NCBI GenBank assembly: GCA_951406725.2
Contig: OX597817.1
Coordinates: forward strand, 42,780,001-42,844,000
DNA from: Octopus vulgaris
Taxonomy: Eukaryota
Direction: 5' to 3'
DNA: 64,000 nucleotides
Shown: one piece after another, positions 24,837-39,008 of the stretch
How positions within the stretch are numbered: position 1 is the stretch's first letter
How the letters are laid out: each line of letters starts with the position of its first letter
Position numbers and translations under genes: made by a program
Notes under the pieces: generated by a model
Told to the model about the DNA's origin: nothing
The model's input: the letters and a program-made list of their open reading frames with translations, nothing else
The model's database searches: none

Positions 24837-25087
24837 ACATCCAGTACATACTGTAAAGTGGTTGGCATTTAGGAAGGGAAGGGCATCCAGTTGTAGAAAC
24901 CATATGAAATAAACAGTGGTGCATGATGCAGTCCTTTGACCTAACCATGTAAGCATGGAACAAGGACATTAAATGACATATTTCCTTTAAACCTATTTTA
25001 TTACATGATTATATTAAACTCGTCATCTGGCTTCCATGCTGGCTATATATATATATATATACACATACATACATACACACACACATA

Positions 25088-25585
25088 CCGTAAATCCTCT
25101 AGTATAGTCCGCCCTTGAGTACAATACGCAGGGGATTTTTAGGGGGCTGCACCTCTGAAAAACTTAAACCTTGTGTATAATACACACCACTTCTCTAACT
25201 TGAGTCAAGGAGGTCTATATAACATCCTTGGTTTGTAAAAATATATACGGTAACGTCCTTGTATATATAACATAATGCAAACGTGTAGCTTTTTTGTGCA
25301 TTTTGTTTGCAGAAAATAAATAACAGTAATAACATTTAATAAATGTTGCATACTGCATGTTATGGATGATTCTTTTATGACTTCATTGCTTTCTGGCTTA
25401 GCTTTTGGTATTTTCACACCCGACATCACAAAATGCGTCTGAATGAACATTGCTGGACAGCAAATAGAGACTCAGACATTGCTTAGAAAATAATTTTCAT
25501 TTTTAACCTCGTATATAGTACGCACTAGGGATTTTGACCTTTAAATTTTGGGAAAAAAATGCGGATTATACTCGAGGATTTACAG
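25088..25585. mobile_element. Tc1/mariner-superfamily (pogo/Tc2-like) MITE
   Basis: TA|ccgtaaatcctctagtatagtccgc ... gcggattatactcgaggatttacag|TA, i.e. ~25-bp TIRs and a TA duplication, inserted in a (TA/CA)n tract. Confidence 0.85.
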
Positions 25586-26744
25586 TATATATATATATAT
25601 ATATACACACATACATATATATAAATGCTATAATGACTGGATGGTCATGTATAGGATGCTTTTGCGTTACTTCTTACAGCAAGTTATTGAATCACAGATG
25701 AAAATTTTAGCAAATATATGTTCTTGTCATAACATATATACACAAGCTACATATATATATGTAGCAGCAAATAAACAGATACTAAGTATATTTCATTGTT
25801 TCACTTGTATCTATTTCAATTTTTCATTTATTTCGGAACCATTTCAACATATTAGTAAAATAGGAAACAGCCTCAATGTTTGACGAAATACAGCAACATT
25901 TTACTCACAATTCTTAGTACGAAATAATCAGAAAGTAAAATTGGCGTTAGTAGCAACGAAATGTGTTTTGTTTTCATCTAAACTGAAATTCATACTACAA
26001 ATTAGATACAATTTTCTGTGTCAACCCAATCTATGTCCTACAAAATGACATATGTAGCATTCAAAGGAATGGTTTTAAAAATGTCTTTTATGCTTTCTGA
26101 AAATTTAAAATGCTGTGTTTCGAGTTATTATGATTCTGAATAATTTTTTTTTGTTTTTATTAAAAACAAATTCTACCAGATCCTGAATGCTTAATTTTGT
26201 AACAAAAATCCAATTCATAATAAAAAAAAAGTGTTTAAGTTTTAAAAAATTCACACTTATACAATACTTAGTTTTCTTATGTCAACATACCCATGTGGGC
26301 ATTACTATACTAACTGAATGTTAAAATTAAGTATAAACTTATTTTTGCTCATTGTTATTATCAAAATCAAAATAATTTTCTTTGACTTTGGGTGTACTTT
26401 TACAGCCTTCACAAGTAAATTTCAAAGGTCACTTTCAAATTTGCCTTTTGTTTTGTTTAGGATGTGAACTTTTTCAATGTGTTTTATATAGCAATTATAA
26501 TAAATCTAAGCTCCTTTTTTCAATATATTGTAATTCTAAAGGAAAGTCAGTGCATATTATACACTAGAGTTATTTTTCCAGGATTTTATTGTCCATAATT
26601 AATGATGCACATTATATACCTGAGTGTGTAGAATTGGAGGCAGCTGTTAGATTTGCAAAATCATGAATTTGTGCCTGGAAAGTCTTGCTTCAGTTTTGTT
26701 AACAGAATAATGTCTTCTGTGACTGTAGAGATCTATATATGAGA

Positions 26745-27890
26745 GATAGTTTTTTTAAGTACGGTGATGACACATGAAGGCACTGTCTGCTACTTTTGTT
26801 TTGGTGCTGTTTTTCCTTTGAGTTTACTTTTCTTCATCAACAAAACTCAGCTTCTCCTCTCATCTTTTAAACCCCGTGTTTAGTTTCAGACTCCATCAAG
26901 AACAACCGCCTTTCAGTGTTCATGTAAAGAGATTTCACATCTTTCTTGCAGACATCCTTGAAACAAAGATGGTGTCCTCCTTCTGTTCTTCTCATACAAC
27001 AAATTTTTGGGATCCTCTCATTTGCCATGCAGTGTACAAGGGCCAACTAGCAGAGGTATCATTGTTGCAGTAGATTGAGGGGACTGGGTATGTGCATACA
27101 AACCAGAACCTCGTTGCTGTCTGTCCATTTAATACCCAGAATGTGTTTCAGACTATGTGGAAGACATTCAGATTGTATGCAGAAAATGCTCTTGTATGGA
27201 GTAGAGCCTCTAAGTATCACTAGTGTTCAGCGCTGTGCTGAGGATGCAGGCTGTATTGACTGCAACCATTAGTTTACTGTTCTCCCAGATTCTCATTGTC
27301 AGCCTAGCCAGCATTCAGGCTACTTTTCCAATATGTTTGTTGATCTCAGACTCTTGAGTGAGAGTTTGTCCATGATGGTGAAACCATAGTATGTGAACTT
27401 GTGGATTACTTCCAGCTTGCAGTTGTTAATGGTAATGGTAGTGTTCAACATCTTGACTTGGCTTTTTGTCTTCTGATTGAAGGTCAAGCTGAAGGCTAGA
27501 CAGTCCCTTGTGAGAATGTTCATGATGCTTTGCAGTTGCTGCAACATCTACAAACTGTATGTCACTGATGAGTACTTCACATACTCTGGGTTTTGCTTTT
27601 AGTCAGGACAAACTGAGCAGTTTCCTGTTTGATTTTCTATGAAAAGTAAACAGCATCAGTTGATGTTCAGAAGATGTGCTTTAGCATGACAACAAAGAAA
27701 ATGTCAAAGAAGGTAGCAGGAGCAAGTAGACAGCCCTGTTTCAATGCACTGTGAATACTGAAGGATTTCAAGGAAGAGCCATCAAACTGAATGATGCCTT
27801 TCATGTCTGCACACCCATTCTTGGCATTCTGTCTTGGCAAAGATTTTGTACTCACAAGCTTGAATGCCTTTGTGAGTTCAATGAGAGACG
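26745..27890 (-). mobile_element. RTE-clade LINE relic (reverse transcriptase), disrupted
   Basis: LIELTKAFKLVS..KGIIQFDGSSLKSFSIHSALKQGCLLAP..F and LEVIHKFTYYG match RTE RT motifs. Stops and frameshifts are present. Confidence 0.85.
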
Positions 27891-29349
27891 CAGAGTAGTG
27901 GTACAACAGGATGACCTTTACGTATGAATAAATATGGGTTAAAAATGTTATCACAGATGATTGCTTCAAACTACTGTGTGAAAAGAAATTTAGCATAAAC
28001 TTATGTATATTCATAATATACATATATGTATATTTATAAAATGCTGATGTGAATTTGAGGAACAGGTGTAATAGAAATAAAATAAAGACGGCATTAGGAA
28101 GGGCATCCAGCTGTAGAAACCATGCCAAATCAGACAGGAGTCTGGTGCATCCCCCCAATTTACCAGCCCTGGTCAAACCATCCAATCCATGCCACCATGG
28201 ACAATGGACATTAAATGAGGATGATGATGATGAATTTCATTCAATCTTAAAGCCAATTTAAGTGTCAAAATTTTATCAAAATTAGTACACACAAAAAAAG
28301 AAGGAAAATGTAATTGATTTCCATCAGTTGAAACTAATCAGTTTTCTATGTAATCAAGTTGGTCAAACAAGATGCCTTGTGGTATCTGTTTCACTCGTTT
28401 GTATTCTGACAGAAATACTTGCTATGATACTGGTCCCTGGCTGTATCAGTCCATGTTTGTGAACTTTCCCTTGGAAAACATTGTTGATATAAAGAAGGAA
28501 GACATATGCTTGGGTAACTGCCAGTCTTCATCATAATTTAATGTCCATGTTTCAAGCAGGCATGGGTTGGACAGTTTGACAGGACCTATTAGGTCCAAGA
28601 TTGTGTTCTGCTTCAGTGTCTGTTTAGCATCGTTTCTACAGCTGTATATCTTTCCTAGTGCCAACCACTTTACAGTGTGTATTGGGTGCTTGGTTTTTAT
28701 GCCACCTGCACTAGTGAGGTTACCGTGCAACATGTAAGAAGACTATGAACCCCGAGTGTATGTGTGTATGAGGGAATTTTATGCTTGGAGAATGAGTGAG
28801 GGAGAAAACATAAGAGAAAAGGACTGAAGCAGAACAAGTTTCTTGTTGCAAAGTAGCTACATGGCTACCCATATTTTAGAAGAGAGGTTGAAGGGGAGGG
28901 GGACCTCAAAAGTGATATGAGTGGTGATGAGATCTGTGCATAAAGTGCAGATGACTGGTCAACACAGACTGACAGACTCTTTATACATATCAGTCTCATC
29001 AGTAGTAGTAGTAGTATTTAATTAAAGGAGAATTAAACTAGAGCTTATTAGATTTATCTTTAGAAAAAGTGAATGAAAATAGATAGAAAATTACTTGAAT
29101 ATCACACTGATAATTATATAATCATCCGTCACCATCATTTTTACATCCACATTTATATATTAGCATGAGTTAGATGAAACCTACTGATGCAATTTTCTTT
29201 GGCTGGATGCCTTTCTTGTTAGCAACCCTTGTTTTTGAAGTAAGGTCTGTGTCATTCCACTGATTGTCACACATCAAAATCAAAGAGCTACAGGGCATAT
29301 TATTTTTGAGAGATATAAACCAACATCGCTGGTACTCAGATGGTATTAA

Positions 29350-29560
29350 CCCTTTAGTTATTGTATTTATTTTGAGATGCTCTATGTTTTTTTTCAATTA
29401 ATTTTAAATATATCAAAGAATACAGTAAAATAACTTAGTTAGTGTTAGGAACATAAATTGTGACTAAGGTTTGGTGGAAGAGTTTAATTGAAAACTTATA
29501 AAAACAATACATTTGTAGTCAGAGCCAGAGCTGGTTTCAGCTGGGTAGGTATCGAAAGGG
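29350..29560. mobile_element. piggyBac-type MITE (second family), degenerate
   Basis: TTAA|cccttt at the left end and ggtatcgaaaggg at the right end; the right TTAA is eroded. Confidence 0.5.
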
Positions 29561-29668
29561 AACATATACACCCCATATACACACAGTTTTTAAAGTTTAT
29601 TTCTACAGATTTTGTATAGAAATTAGAGTCAGCACTGAAAATTAAAACATTTTTTATACAAGTACATC

Positions 29669-30295
29669 CAAGAGTGGCTGTTTTATAAGTAGCTTGCTTA
29701 TCAACCACATGGTTCCAGGTTCAGTCCTACTGTGTGGCACCTTGGGCAAGTGTCTTCTACTATAGCCTCAGGCCAACCAAAACCTTGTGAGTGGATTTGG
29801 TAGACAGATACTGAAAGAAGCCTGTTTGTGTGTGTATGTGTATATCTATATATATCTGTGTTGGTGACACGTAAAAAGCACCAACCGATTGTGGCTGTTT
29901 GCCAGCCTCCTCTGGCCCCTGTGCTGGTGGCATATAAAAAGCACCCAGTACACTCACAGAGTGGTTGGCATTAGGAAGGGCATCCAGCTGTAGAAACACT
30001 GCCAGATCAGACTGGAGCCTGGTGCAGCCTCCTGGCTTCCCAGATCCCGGTTGAACTGTTCAACCCATGCTAGTATGAAAAATGGATGTTAAACGATGAT
30101 GATGATATATATATATGTGTGTGTGTGTGTTTGTATCCCCATTATCATTTGACAACCAATGTCGTTGTGTTTATGTCCTTGTAACAATAGAATAACTACT
30201 AGGCTTACAAACAATAAGTCCTGGGGTCGATTTGTTCAACTAAAGGTTGTGCTCCAGCATGGTCACAGTCAAATGACTGAAACAAATAAAAGAAT
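29669..30295 (+). mobile_element. SINE family A with a SINE family C copy (29862-30105) nested in its microsatellite
   Basis: The family A head and tail are separated by a family C body (aaaagcaccca...ggaagggcatccagctgtagaaac...gttaaacgatgatgatg). Confidence 0.8.
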
Positions 30296-30874
30296 GTAAA
30301 CAATGCTGTTGAAGATAGAAAAACAGGTGTGTATGCATATTCCAGGAGTTCTTGGTCCTGCTTCAGCATCGCATCCAATCCATTAACACATTGTTTAAAT
30401 AGCCGCTAAATATTGGCAGTGTAACACAATTGGCTATATCAATTTTACATATTAAAGACATTTCTGGCAACTTATATGGACATATAATGTCCTTACAAGC
30501 AATTAATGTATATATATATATGGCATTAGGAAGGGCATCCAACCATAGAACCCATGCCAGCTCTCCAGCTTACTAGTTTTCAGTCAAACCATCCAACCCA
30601 TGCCAGCATGGAAAACATGTTTAATGATGATGATGATACACACACATATTTTTTCTGCCAGCCAAATTTCAATCAGAAGGCATTGGTCAGCTTGAGGTTA
30701 TAGAAGAAGATACCTTTTCAAATATGACATGCAATAGGATTCAGCCTCCTTAAGGTCATTTCTTTAACATCTGTTTTTCTAGGCTAGTTTGGGTTTCGCA
30801 AATAAATATATTTTTGAGTAATTGTTTTACAGTTAAATGCTCTTCTTGTAGCTAATCCTTGTCCGTTTATCAAC

Positions 30875-30935
30875 TATATATATGTGTGTGTGTTGATATA
30901 TATATGTGTGTGTATATATATATATGTATATAGAT

Positions 30936-30971
<36 letters not shown>

Positions 30972-31583
30972 GTACATATGCGTATATATATGTGTATGTA
31001 TATATATATATATATGTAAATGTATGTATGTATAAATGTATATGTAAATGTATGTATATATATGTATATATGTATATATATATGTATAAATGTATATATA
31101 TATGTATATAAATGTATATATATATATATATGTATATAAATGTATATATATATATATATATATATGTATATAAATGTATATATATATATATGTATATAAA
31201 TGTATGAGCAAAGCACTTTATTTCACGTTGCTCCAGTTCACTCAGCTGTAGAAATGAGTTGCGACGTCACTGGTGCCAAGCTGTATCGACCTTTGTCTTT
31301 CCCTTGGATAACACTGGTGGCGTGGAGAGGGGAGGCTGGTATGCATGGGCGACTGCTGGTCTTCCATAAACAACCTTGCCCGGACTTGTGTCTAGGAGGG
31401 TAACTTTCTAGGTGCAATCCCATGGTCATTCATGACCGAAGGGGGTCTTTACCTTTACTTTATATATATATGTATATAAATGTATATATATATATATATA
31501 TGTATATAAATGTATATATATGTATATAAATGTGTATATATATATATATGTATATAAATGTGTATATATATATATGTATATAA

Positions 31584-31619
<36 letters not shown>

Positions 31620-31644
31620 GTATGATTATATATATATATACATC

Positions 31645-31675
<31 letters not shown>

Positions 31676-31724
31676 GTATGTATATATATATGTATGTATA
31701 CATATGTACACCTATGTGTATATG

Positions 31725-31762
<38 letters not shown>
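30875..31762. repeat. Long compound (TA)n/(gtatataaat) microsatellite containing a headless SINE D body (31205-31460)
   Basis: Read directly. This tract produces the Y/I-rich spurious ORFs. Confidence 0.92.
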
Positions 31763-34700
31763 AAGCCATCATCATTTAACAGCTGCTTTACATGCTGGCA
31801 TGTGTTAGATGGTTTAATAGAGAACTGGCATCCTGCTCTGCTGTGTCATGCTCTGATGTCAGCTTAGGCATAATATCTGTGGCTGGATGCCGTTCCTGTC
31901 ACCAGCCTTTACATGTTTCCAAGCAAGGTGACATTTCCAAGGCCAGACATGTTTTCATTCAATATTGGAAATGAATGACACTACTTGTTATGATAGTGAT
32001 GTTCATTTACGACTGTTATGCAATAATCTCAAGCCAAGGAGAGACAAACATACGCATATTCACACGCATACATATGTATATGTACATATACACTGGGCTT
32101 CTTTCAGTTTCCATTTATCAAATCCACTCAAGAAATACAGGTCGTCATCACAATTGGTTCTGACTGACGACTGGTTGTAAATCTGCCTATAGGTCTGCAT
32201 AGCTTTGTTTTATACTTTTACATTCTCAAGTAAAAGTCAGATACACCATTCTGTATTATTACCCTATCATACTGGCATTAGTCAAAAATTTCAGAGTCTC
32301 AAGCAGTGTTCTTATAAACAAATACGTGGTTGCCTCAATGCCTCCACGACAAGATATTCATCCAGCACATGGGGTAACCACAGTGGCGATCGATAACCAA
32401 ACTTAGGGGAAGCGTTTGTTAGCTGACATCATCCATAGACAAGTTAATTTCTAACCATTAGATTTCAACTGGACTATTTATTATTGGTGCTGAGAGCTGG
32501 TGCACCAGTCACTGTAAAGTTGATCTGTAGTAAGTCAGACAGGTCATAAGTCGACGACCTGTAATGTATAGTCATATACATTATATATTTTATGGCACTG
32601 TTCTTCAAATGTAGAAGCATCTATTTGCATCAGTTTATCACCTATTTATTGATAGTCACACTTTTTGGCCATATATTAGTAATGGTAAAATGTAGTGATT
32701 GGTTTCTTTTTTTTAAGTAACATGTTACCATGTCCTTGATATTTGAGATGTAGTCAGTTGTTTATGAATGATGTAGAGATTGTGTCATTGTTTTTTAATA
32801 ATTAGTGGTTATAGAACAAAGCATGACATACTGCCATACATTTTGTTTGTTGTGTTTGCAAATTCCAAATCTTTATAGATTTTCTTTCTTCAATCCAATT
32901 GTGGAGTTCTCAGTGAGTTTATTTGAGTTATTTATTCAGGAATAAAGCTTTTGATATTTTGCTGTTTTGTCACATATGTTACTCGGTTAACCAGTTCATT
33001 ATGTAATCAAAGGGGAAGGTAACAAGTAGAGCAGCAGAACACTTGTTAGTAGTTTGCTGCTATTAAATGCAAATTCTGAGGGCAAGATAACCTCAAAACG
33101 CTGAGTTTTTTTTTTAAAGGAAGTTACAGTAACTATACTTTTGTACTAGTAAAGTCTTTTATGTTGTGAACATGGTACTATGAAGAAAATCCTGTGTCAC
33201 CATAGTGTCCCATAGAAATGTGTCTTGCTAAGGAAGAAAATGCACAAACACTATTTCTTGAAGTTTGTAATTCAATTATTTATTGAGAAAATTTTAAATC
33301 AGATGAGAGATTATTTCCTTTTAATAAAATTTTAAAATTCAAATTTAGTTACATGTTCGGGGTATTTAATAATGATTATGGTTAACTACTACAGCCTTGT
33401 CCATTCATATTATTTTAAATTCCTTTTAGTTAGGAATTACATCATCTGCTTTTGTTTCCTTAGGTAGCATTCTTTTAAAGGTATGATTAAATGAGTTGAG
33501 TTCACTGTGTTTTAGGTATACATTTTATTAATTTCTGTGTCTGAAGTATATAGCTGACTCCTCTCTTTCTGTGTGTGTGTGAAATAGTTTATCTTATAGA
33601 AAATTATGCTTTCACCTCATTTATTTCAAGAACAGATCCTCTTTGAAGATTCATTAGAAATAGAGATTAAATATTAAATTTACCTCCGGAGTTGACTTGA
33701 TCACGATGAATTTTCTGAGATTAAGTGGTATAATCACCATTATCATGCCTTCCTTTTCCATACTTCTTCTCATGGACCAAGTCACCTCTTATTTAGAATT
33801 ACAGCTCTCAATTGGACAAATTGAGGACTACATGACCACATTTTGCATCTGCATTCTACTCATGGTATGTTTTCTATAGTTGCATGCCCTTCCTGTCACT
33901 GACGTTAGAGAGGGTGCCTTATCCTCTGTACATTAGGGAAAAAAGAAAGTGATGAAAGAGGATCAACATCCGTGTTCCATGCTAGCACGGGTGGGATGGT
34001 ACCACAAGAGTCAGCCAGGCCGAAGCCTGCACTGGACTTCTCTGACTGTTTTGGCAGGATTTTTACAGCTGGATACCCTTTCTAACACCAACCACTCGCA
34101 GAGTGGACTTAGTACTTTTTATGTGACACAAGCACAGGTGAAGTCAGTTTTGGTTAGGTTTTTACAGCTAGACACCCTTCCGAATACCAGCCACTTTACA
34201 GTGTGGATTGGGTACTTTTAAGTGGCACCTGTACTGACAGGATCACCAAGTACTTTCAAGACAAAAACGTTTAAGAGAGGAGAAACCATTGGAGGAGCTG
34301 ATGATGAAATGGTTATAGTGAGACAGATACAGGTGTGTTACTGTAGAGGAAGTACAAGGTTACCTGGCCGGAGAGAGAAAGATCAGGGAAGACAGAAACA
34401 GGCGTGCTACTACAAAGAAAATACATGGTTGCCCAACCTGAGGGAATTGCAGGAGGAGAGAGAGAGAGAGAGAGTGTGTGAGTGGGAGACCGTAGGATGG
34501 AGATGGTGGCAAAAGGCCGGGCAGGCTCACAAGGATCGGGGATCAGAGTATAAATGAGATAGTTGAGTAAAGGAAGAGAGAGGTATAGGTAGTAGCAAGT
34601 GCCAAGGCATACCCTTGAGGTTCAAGTGCCATAATAGAGCAAGAGAGTCGTTGGGAGAGTAATGGAAGAGAACCAGGATGGTGAATTTAATATAATTTTT

Positions 34701-35284
34701 TATACATTATATTTAATTAATCTCCCCCACCCCCTTCCAACAAGGTCAGTATCAATACTATTTTGGGAAGAATTTTTTTTTTTACTAAATTAGATTGTGT
34801 AAAAATAAATGATGTATTATTTTGTTGTGTAATGTGACATAGAAAACCTATTATTCCTTTTTAATGTTATGGTAAATAGATTAAGTTCTAAAGATAGCTG
34901 TACTAGTGTAAGATTCTGTGCTGTTTACAGGCTTATTTTGATATATAATTACTGTTAGTTATGGCTTGCTGTGTTGGTTTTTGAATTGAAAGCAGAAAAC
35001 AAAAAAGTGTAAAAGCATACTTTTTTTTATTTATTTATTTTAAAATTTTATTTTCATAAAAACAGTTTAATAACATTTGGAATGAAAGAGCTTTAATAAA
35101 ATGCCTCTTTGAAGATGCTTGTTTGTAATTTTGAAATTTTAAGAATTTTAATTATTGATTTCGAAATGGCTATCCTTGATGAACATAACTGTTAGCATCT
35201 GGATCATTATATTGTTGCCATCATCGTTGTCATCAATGCTGTTGCTTATGGTAGCGCTATTTATATTTCAGTGAATTCATATTT

Positions 35285-35912
35285 TTCATCTTTTACCGGT
35301 TTCAGTCATTAGACTGCAACCATGCTGCAGCATGCTTTGAAGGGTTGTACTTGAACAAATCAACTCGTGTGCTTATAGTTTTCTTAAGCCTGGTACTTAT
35401 TCTGTTGGTTTCTTTTTGCTGAATTGCTAAGTTCCAGAGACATAAACAAACCAACACTAGTTGTCAAGTGGTGGTGGGAATAAACACAAGGACACACACA
35501 TATAAATATATGCTCACACACACACATGTGACAGGCTTCTTTCAATTTCTTATTTCTTTATTGTCCACAAGGGGCTAAATATAGAGGGGACAAACAAGGA
35601 CAGACAAACAGATTAAGTCGATTACATCGACCCCGAAAGGATGAAAAGCAAAGTCGGCCTTTGCTTTTCATCCTTGGCAGAATTTGAACTCAGAATGTAA
35701 CAGCAGATGAAATACCGCTAAGCATTTCGCCCGGCCTGCTAACCTTTCTGCCAGCTGGCCGCCTTTCAATTTCTGTTTACCAAATCCATTTACAAGACTT
35801 TGGTCAGCTTGGGGCTATAGTAGAAGACACTTGTCCAAGGTGTCACAGAGTGGGACTGAACTCAGAACCACATGGTTGGGAAACAAGCTTCTTACCAAAC
35901 AGCCACTCCTGT
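35285..35912 (-). mobile_element. SINE family A with a nested SINE family B (35551-35763)
   Basis: Target-site duplication tttcaatttct at 35540-35550 and 35764-35774. Confidence 0.85.
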
Positions 35913-37304
35913 GCTTTGTAAATAATACATAAAATTTTAACATCAATTATTATCATTTCTGTATTATTTGCCTCATTTAAGTTTGTATCTTGCTATAGGT
36001 GTTGTGTCAAGTCTGTGGAAGAGTCTGTCTACTGTGTCTTGCATTCAGGCTGGTGGTGATGGATGTAGTGTTCTACTTTTCGTGGGATCATATTTAAATT
36101 AAGATTTAGGATATCTTGACATCTGGATTACTTAGGATTATTTCTCTTTCCATTTGATCAGACATGTGCACAGAAAAGAAAGTCAATGCAAAAGAAATTT
36201 ATTTATAAATTAAATGTTGCCCCTTTTTTTTTTTTCTCATGTGAGTTGAGTTTATAGAATTTTATTTAAATTGAAATATGTCAACTTATCTTGGCACTGT
36301 TTCCATTTGGAATTCACCATTTGTAGGTATTTTTATATTCATAAACTTTACAGAATTTTGGTACCAAACTACTATAATCGCTATCTAAATTCAGATAAAT
36401 TCTCACTATCTCCAAATCTTTAGGCAGCAAATGTCTTTGATACTGAGTTTCTGTCGAACTTTCCCTCTTTATTTCTTATCTATTTTACAAATATAAACTT
36501 TGCATTGCCCTTATTTTTGTTTCTAAGGACCAGTAGGTCATCTGATTTCACTGTTTTTGTTTTTTGTTTTATCTCAAAAGATATTCATATGCAAGAGGCA
36601 TCAAAATTCAGTTTTTATTATGTTATTAATCTTCTATTAATAAACATTTAATGTCACCTCAGAAGTAACAAGTTTAGAAAACTTTACTGATTACATTAGC
36701 AAACACTTATTTGGAGAGTAGGCATGTGTACTGGTTATGGACATAAAGTAAAGAATGAAGAAAGGCTTAAGGAGCTGAGAATTCAATAATGGAAATTAAA
36801 AGTTATTTATAATCTTAACATTAGACTAATCTGTTTTCTAATTAGTTACTCATTCACTTGAAGTAGAAAGCCAGATCAACTTTGTTATCATGAATGAAGT
36901 CATCCATAAGTTGCAACCAGCTTGTAAAAACTTCAGAATAGATTAAGAAAATTAAGATTAACTGCTGAAAGTGGTCTAAAAATATTTCGCACTTATATAA
37001 ATTCTTTGCTGAAGTTTGGGTCCAATAATTCTTTGTTTTTCTTTTTGCAATTTTTCCATGTCAATTTTAGTGAGATTGTAACCTATTTAAATTTCCATTT
37101 ACACAGAGAATGTTCATTAACATAGGACTCTAGCTGAAAGTAGCTGATTAAAAATGCAACAGAAAATTTTTAAAATTCTATGTAATATTGGGTATAGTTC
37201 ATAGATAAATCAGGTGTAAAGTTGAATAAACAATTTTGTCATAAAAAGGTTAAAAGAAAATAACTTTCCATTTGTTCTGATCAGAAATTATTAAAAAAAA
37301 GTTA

Positions 37305-37488
37305 CTTTATTTGGTGGTATATAAGATGCACCCCCCTCCCAAATATCTCAAAAAATCCTCCTGGGTCCTATATGCAAAATTAGGCCTCCCATAGGCTAAT
37401 TCTATCCCTGGCACTTTTTTTTAATGTGTGCTGCTGAAATTGGGGTGTATCTAATATTCTTGTGCATCTTTTATGTCACCAAATATGA
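37305..37488. mobile_element. Degenerate Tc1/pogo-type MITE
   Basis: Imperfect TIRs TA|ctttatttggtggtatataagatgcac ... gtgcatcttttatgtcaccaaatatga|TA. Confidence 0.55.
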
Positions 37489-38277
37489 TACCTTCTTTAT
37501 CAACTTATATTTTTCTCACAGATAATCTGAAAACATACTTATTGGCAGTAATTAATAGATTTAAAATTAACCATAAAATAACTATCTCTTCTGTGTATTA
37601 AACCTCATGTCTTAGTTAAAAACAAAGTCAGTTGCAGTTTGTATAGCCCTAAGCTAGCATTGATCAGGCAGAGCTATAATCAAAGGCACACAAGCCAGGA
37701 CTTATTTGTTTAGTATGGCCCTTGTTTTTAAAGCAATTTGAGGGATATTTGGTTGCTATTTGTAGCAGTTTGAGCAACTACATAGACGCTTTTTGTTGTT
37801 GCTTCATCCCAAGTTAATCTCAGTTAAGCAAGTTCTATGATAAAAGGCCTTTCAGCCATGCCTATTCAGTTTTCCTAGAGGCATGAGAGATGACTTTTTT
37901 TAGTTAATTCTGTTCTAATAGGTGGCAGGGAGTGATTTGAAGAAAATAGAAGATTCAGTGACTACATAGAGCCCCCAATTGTTACATATGATGTTTTATT
38001 GTGCAGATGAGAATATAGACGTTAGTGAATATTAGTATGTCTACTGATGCATATTAGGTCACAAAACTTATATATAATTACTTTATAATCTTTTCAAACT
38101 CTTCAGCTTCTCTCCTACTGTATTACATATCTTCTGAAATAGAAAACATGCTTTTCTATGTCAGTTCATAAAACTATTCTCCCTCCTGATTATTCTCCAA
38201 GTTTTTGCCCTCATTTTTAACATTTCCAGAATGATAGAAGTTATTATAATATAGTAACTTTCCAAATAATTTCAATT

Positions 38278-38788
38278 CATCATCATCGTTTAACGTCCGC
38301 TTTCCATGCTAGCATGGGTTGGATGATTTGACTAAGGTCTGGCAAACCAGATGGCTGCACCAGACTCCAATCTGATCTGGCAGAGTTTCTACAGCTGGAT
38401 GCCCTTCCCAACGCCAACCACTCTGAGAGTGTAGTGGGTGCTTTTATGTGCCACTGGCACAAGGGCAAATCAGGTGGTACTGGCAACGGCCACATTCAAA
38501 TGGTACCTTTTATGTGCCATCTGCACAGGAACCAGCACAAGTGCCAGTAAGGTGACGCAAGTAACAATCATGCTCGAATGGTGCTTTTTACGTGCCGCTG
38601 GCACGGAGGCCAGTTTTTTGCTCTGACAATGATCACGCTTGTATGGTACTCTTAGCACTCCACTAGCATGGATGCCAGTCATCAAATTTGATTTCAATTT
38701 CGATTTCACTTGCCTCAACAGGTCTTTGCAAGCAAAGTTTAGTGTCCAATGAAGGAAAGGTACGCATAAGTGGGCTGGTTACACCCAC
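38278..38788 (-). mobile_element. SINE family C ((GAT)n tail), long copy
   Basis: Reverse complement of the family also seen at 19540-19800, 24354-24503, 28088-28232, 49170-49375 and 50375-50705. Confidence 0.85.
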
Positions 38789-39008
38789 CCCTTTAGCATT
38801 TAGATTACTCTCTTAAATTAAATGCTTATTTATTCACATTGTTTTGAATTAATAATGCATTATCTTGAAGCTTTGAGATTTCTATGGTATGATTGTTTTA
38901 TTTTTAGAGTGATATTGTTAGGTAGATGTGAGAGGCCAGATCTGACTAGTTTTAACATAAACAGGTAGAATATTTGGGCCTGATATGTCCAGTATAAATG
39001 CTAAAGAG
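38789..39008. mobile_element. piggyBac-type MITE, inverted copy of the 47058-47676 family
   Basis: ccctttagcatt ... aatgctaaagag|TTAA; the interior is the reverse complement of the 47058 element minus its SINE insert. Confidence 0.8.

Noticed and set aside
27667-28185. Longest ORF in the track (172 aa) as a host gene
   Set aside because: It is a chimera of SINE C sequence, AT-rich filler and an RTE reverse-transcriptase fragment.
30833-31867. Several Tyr/Ile/His-rich ORFs
   Set aside because: They are translations of a (TA)n-type microsatellite.
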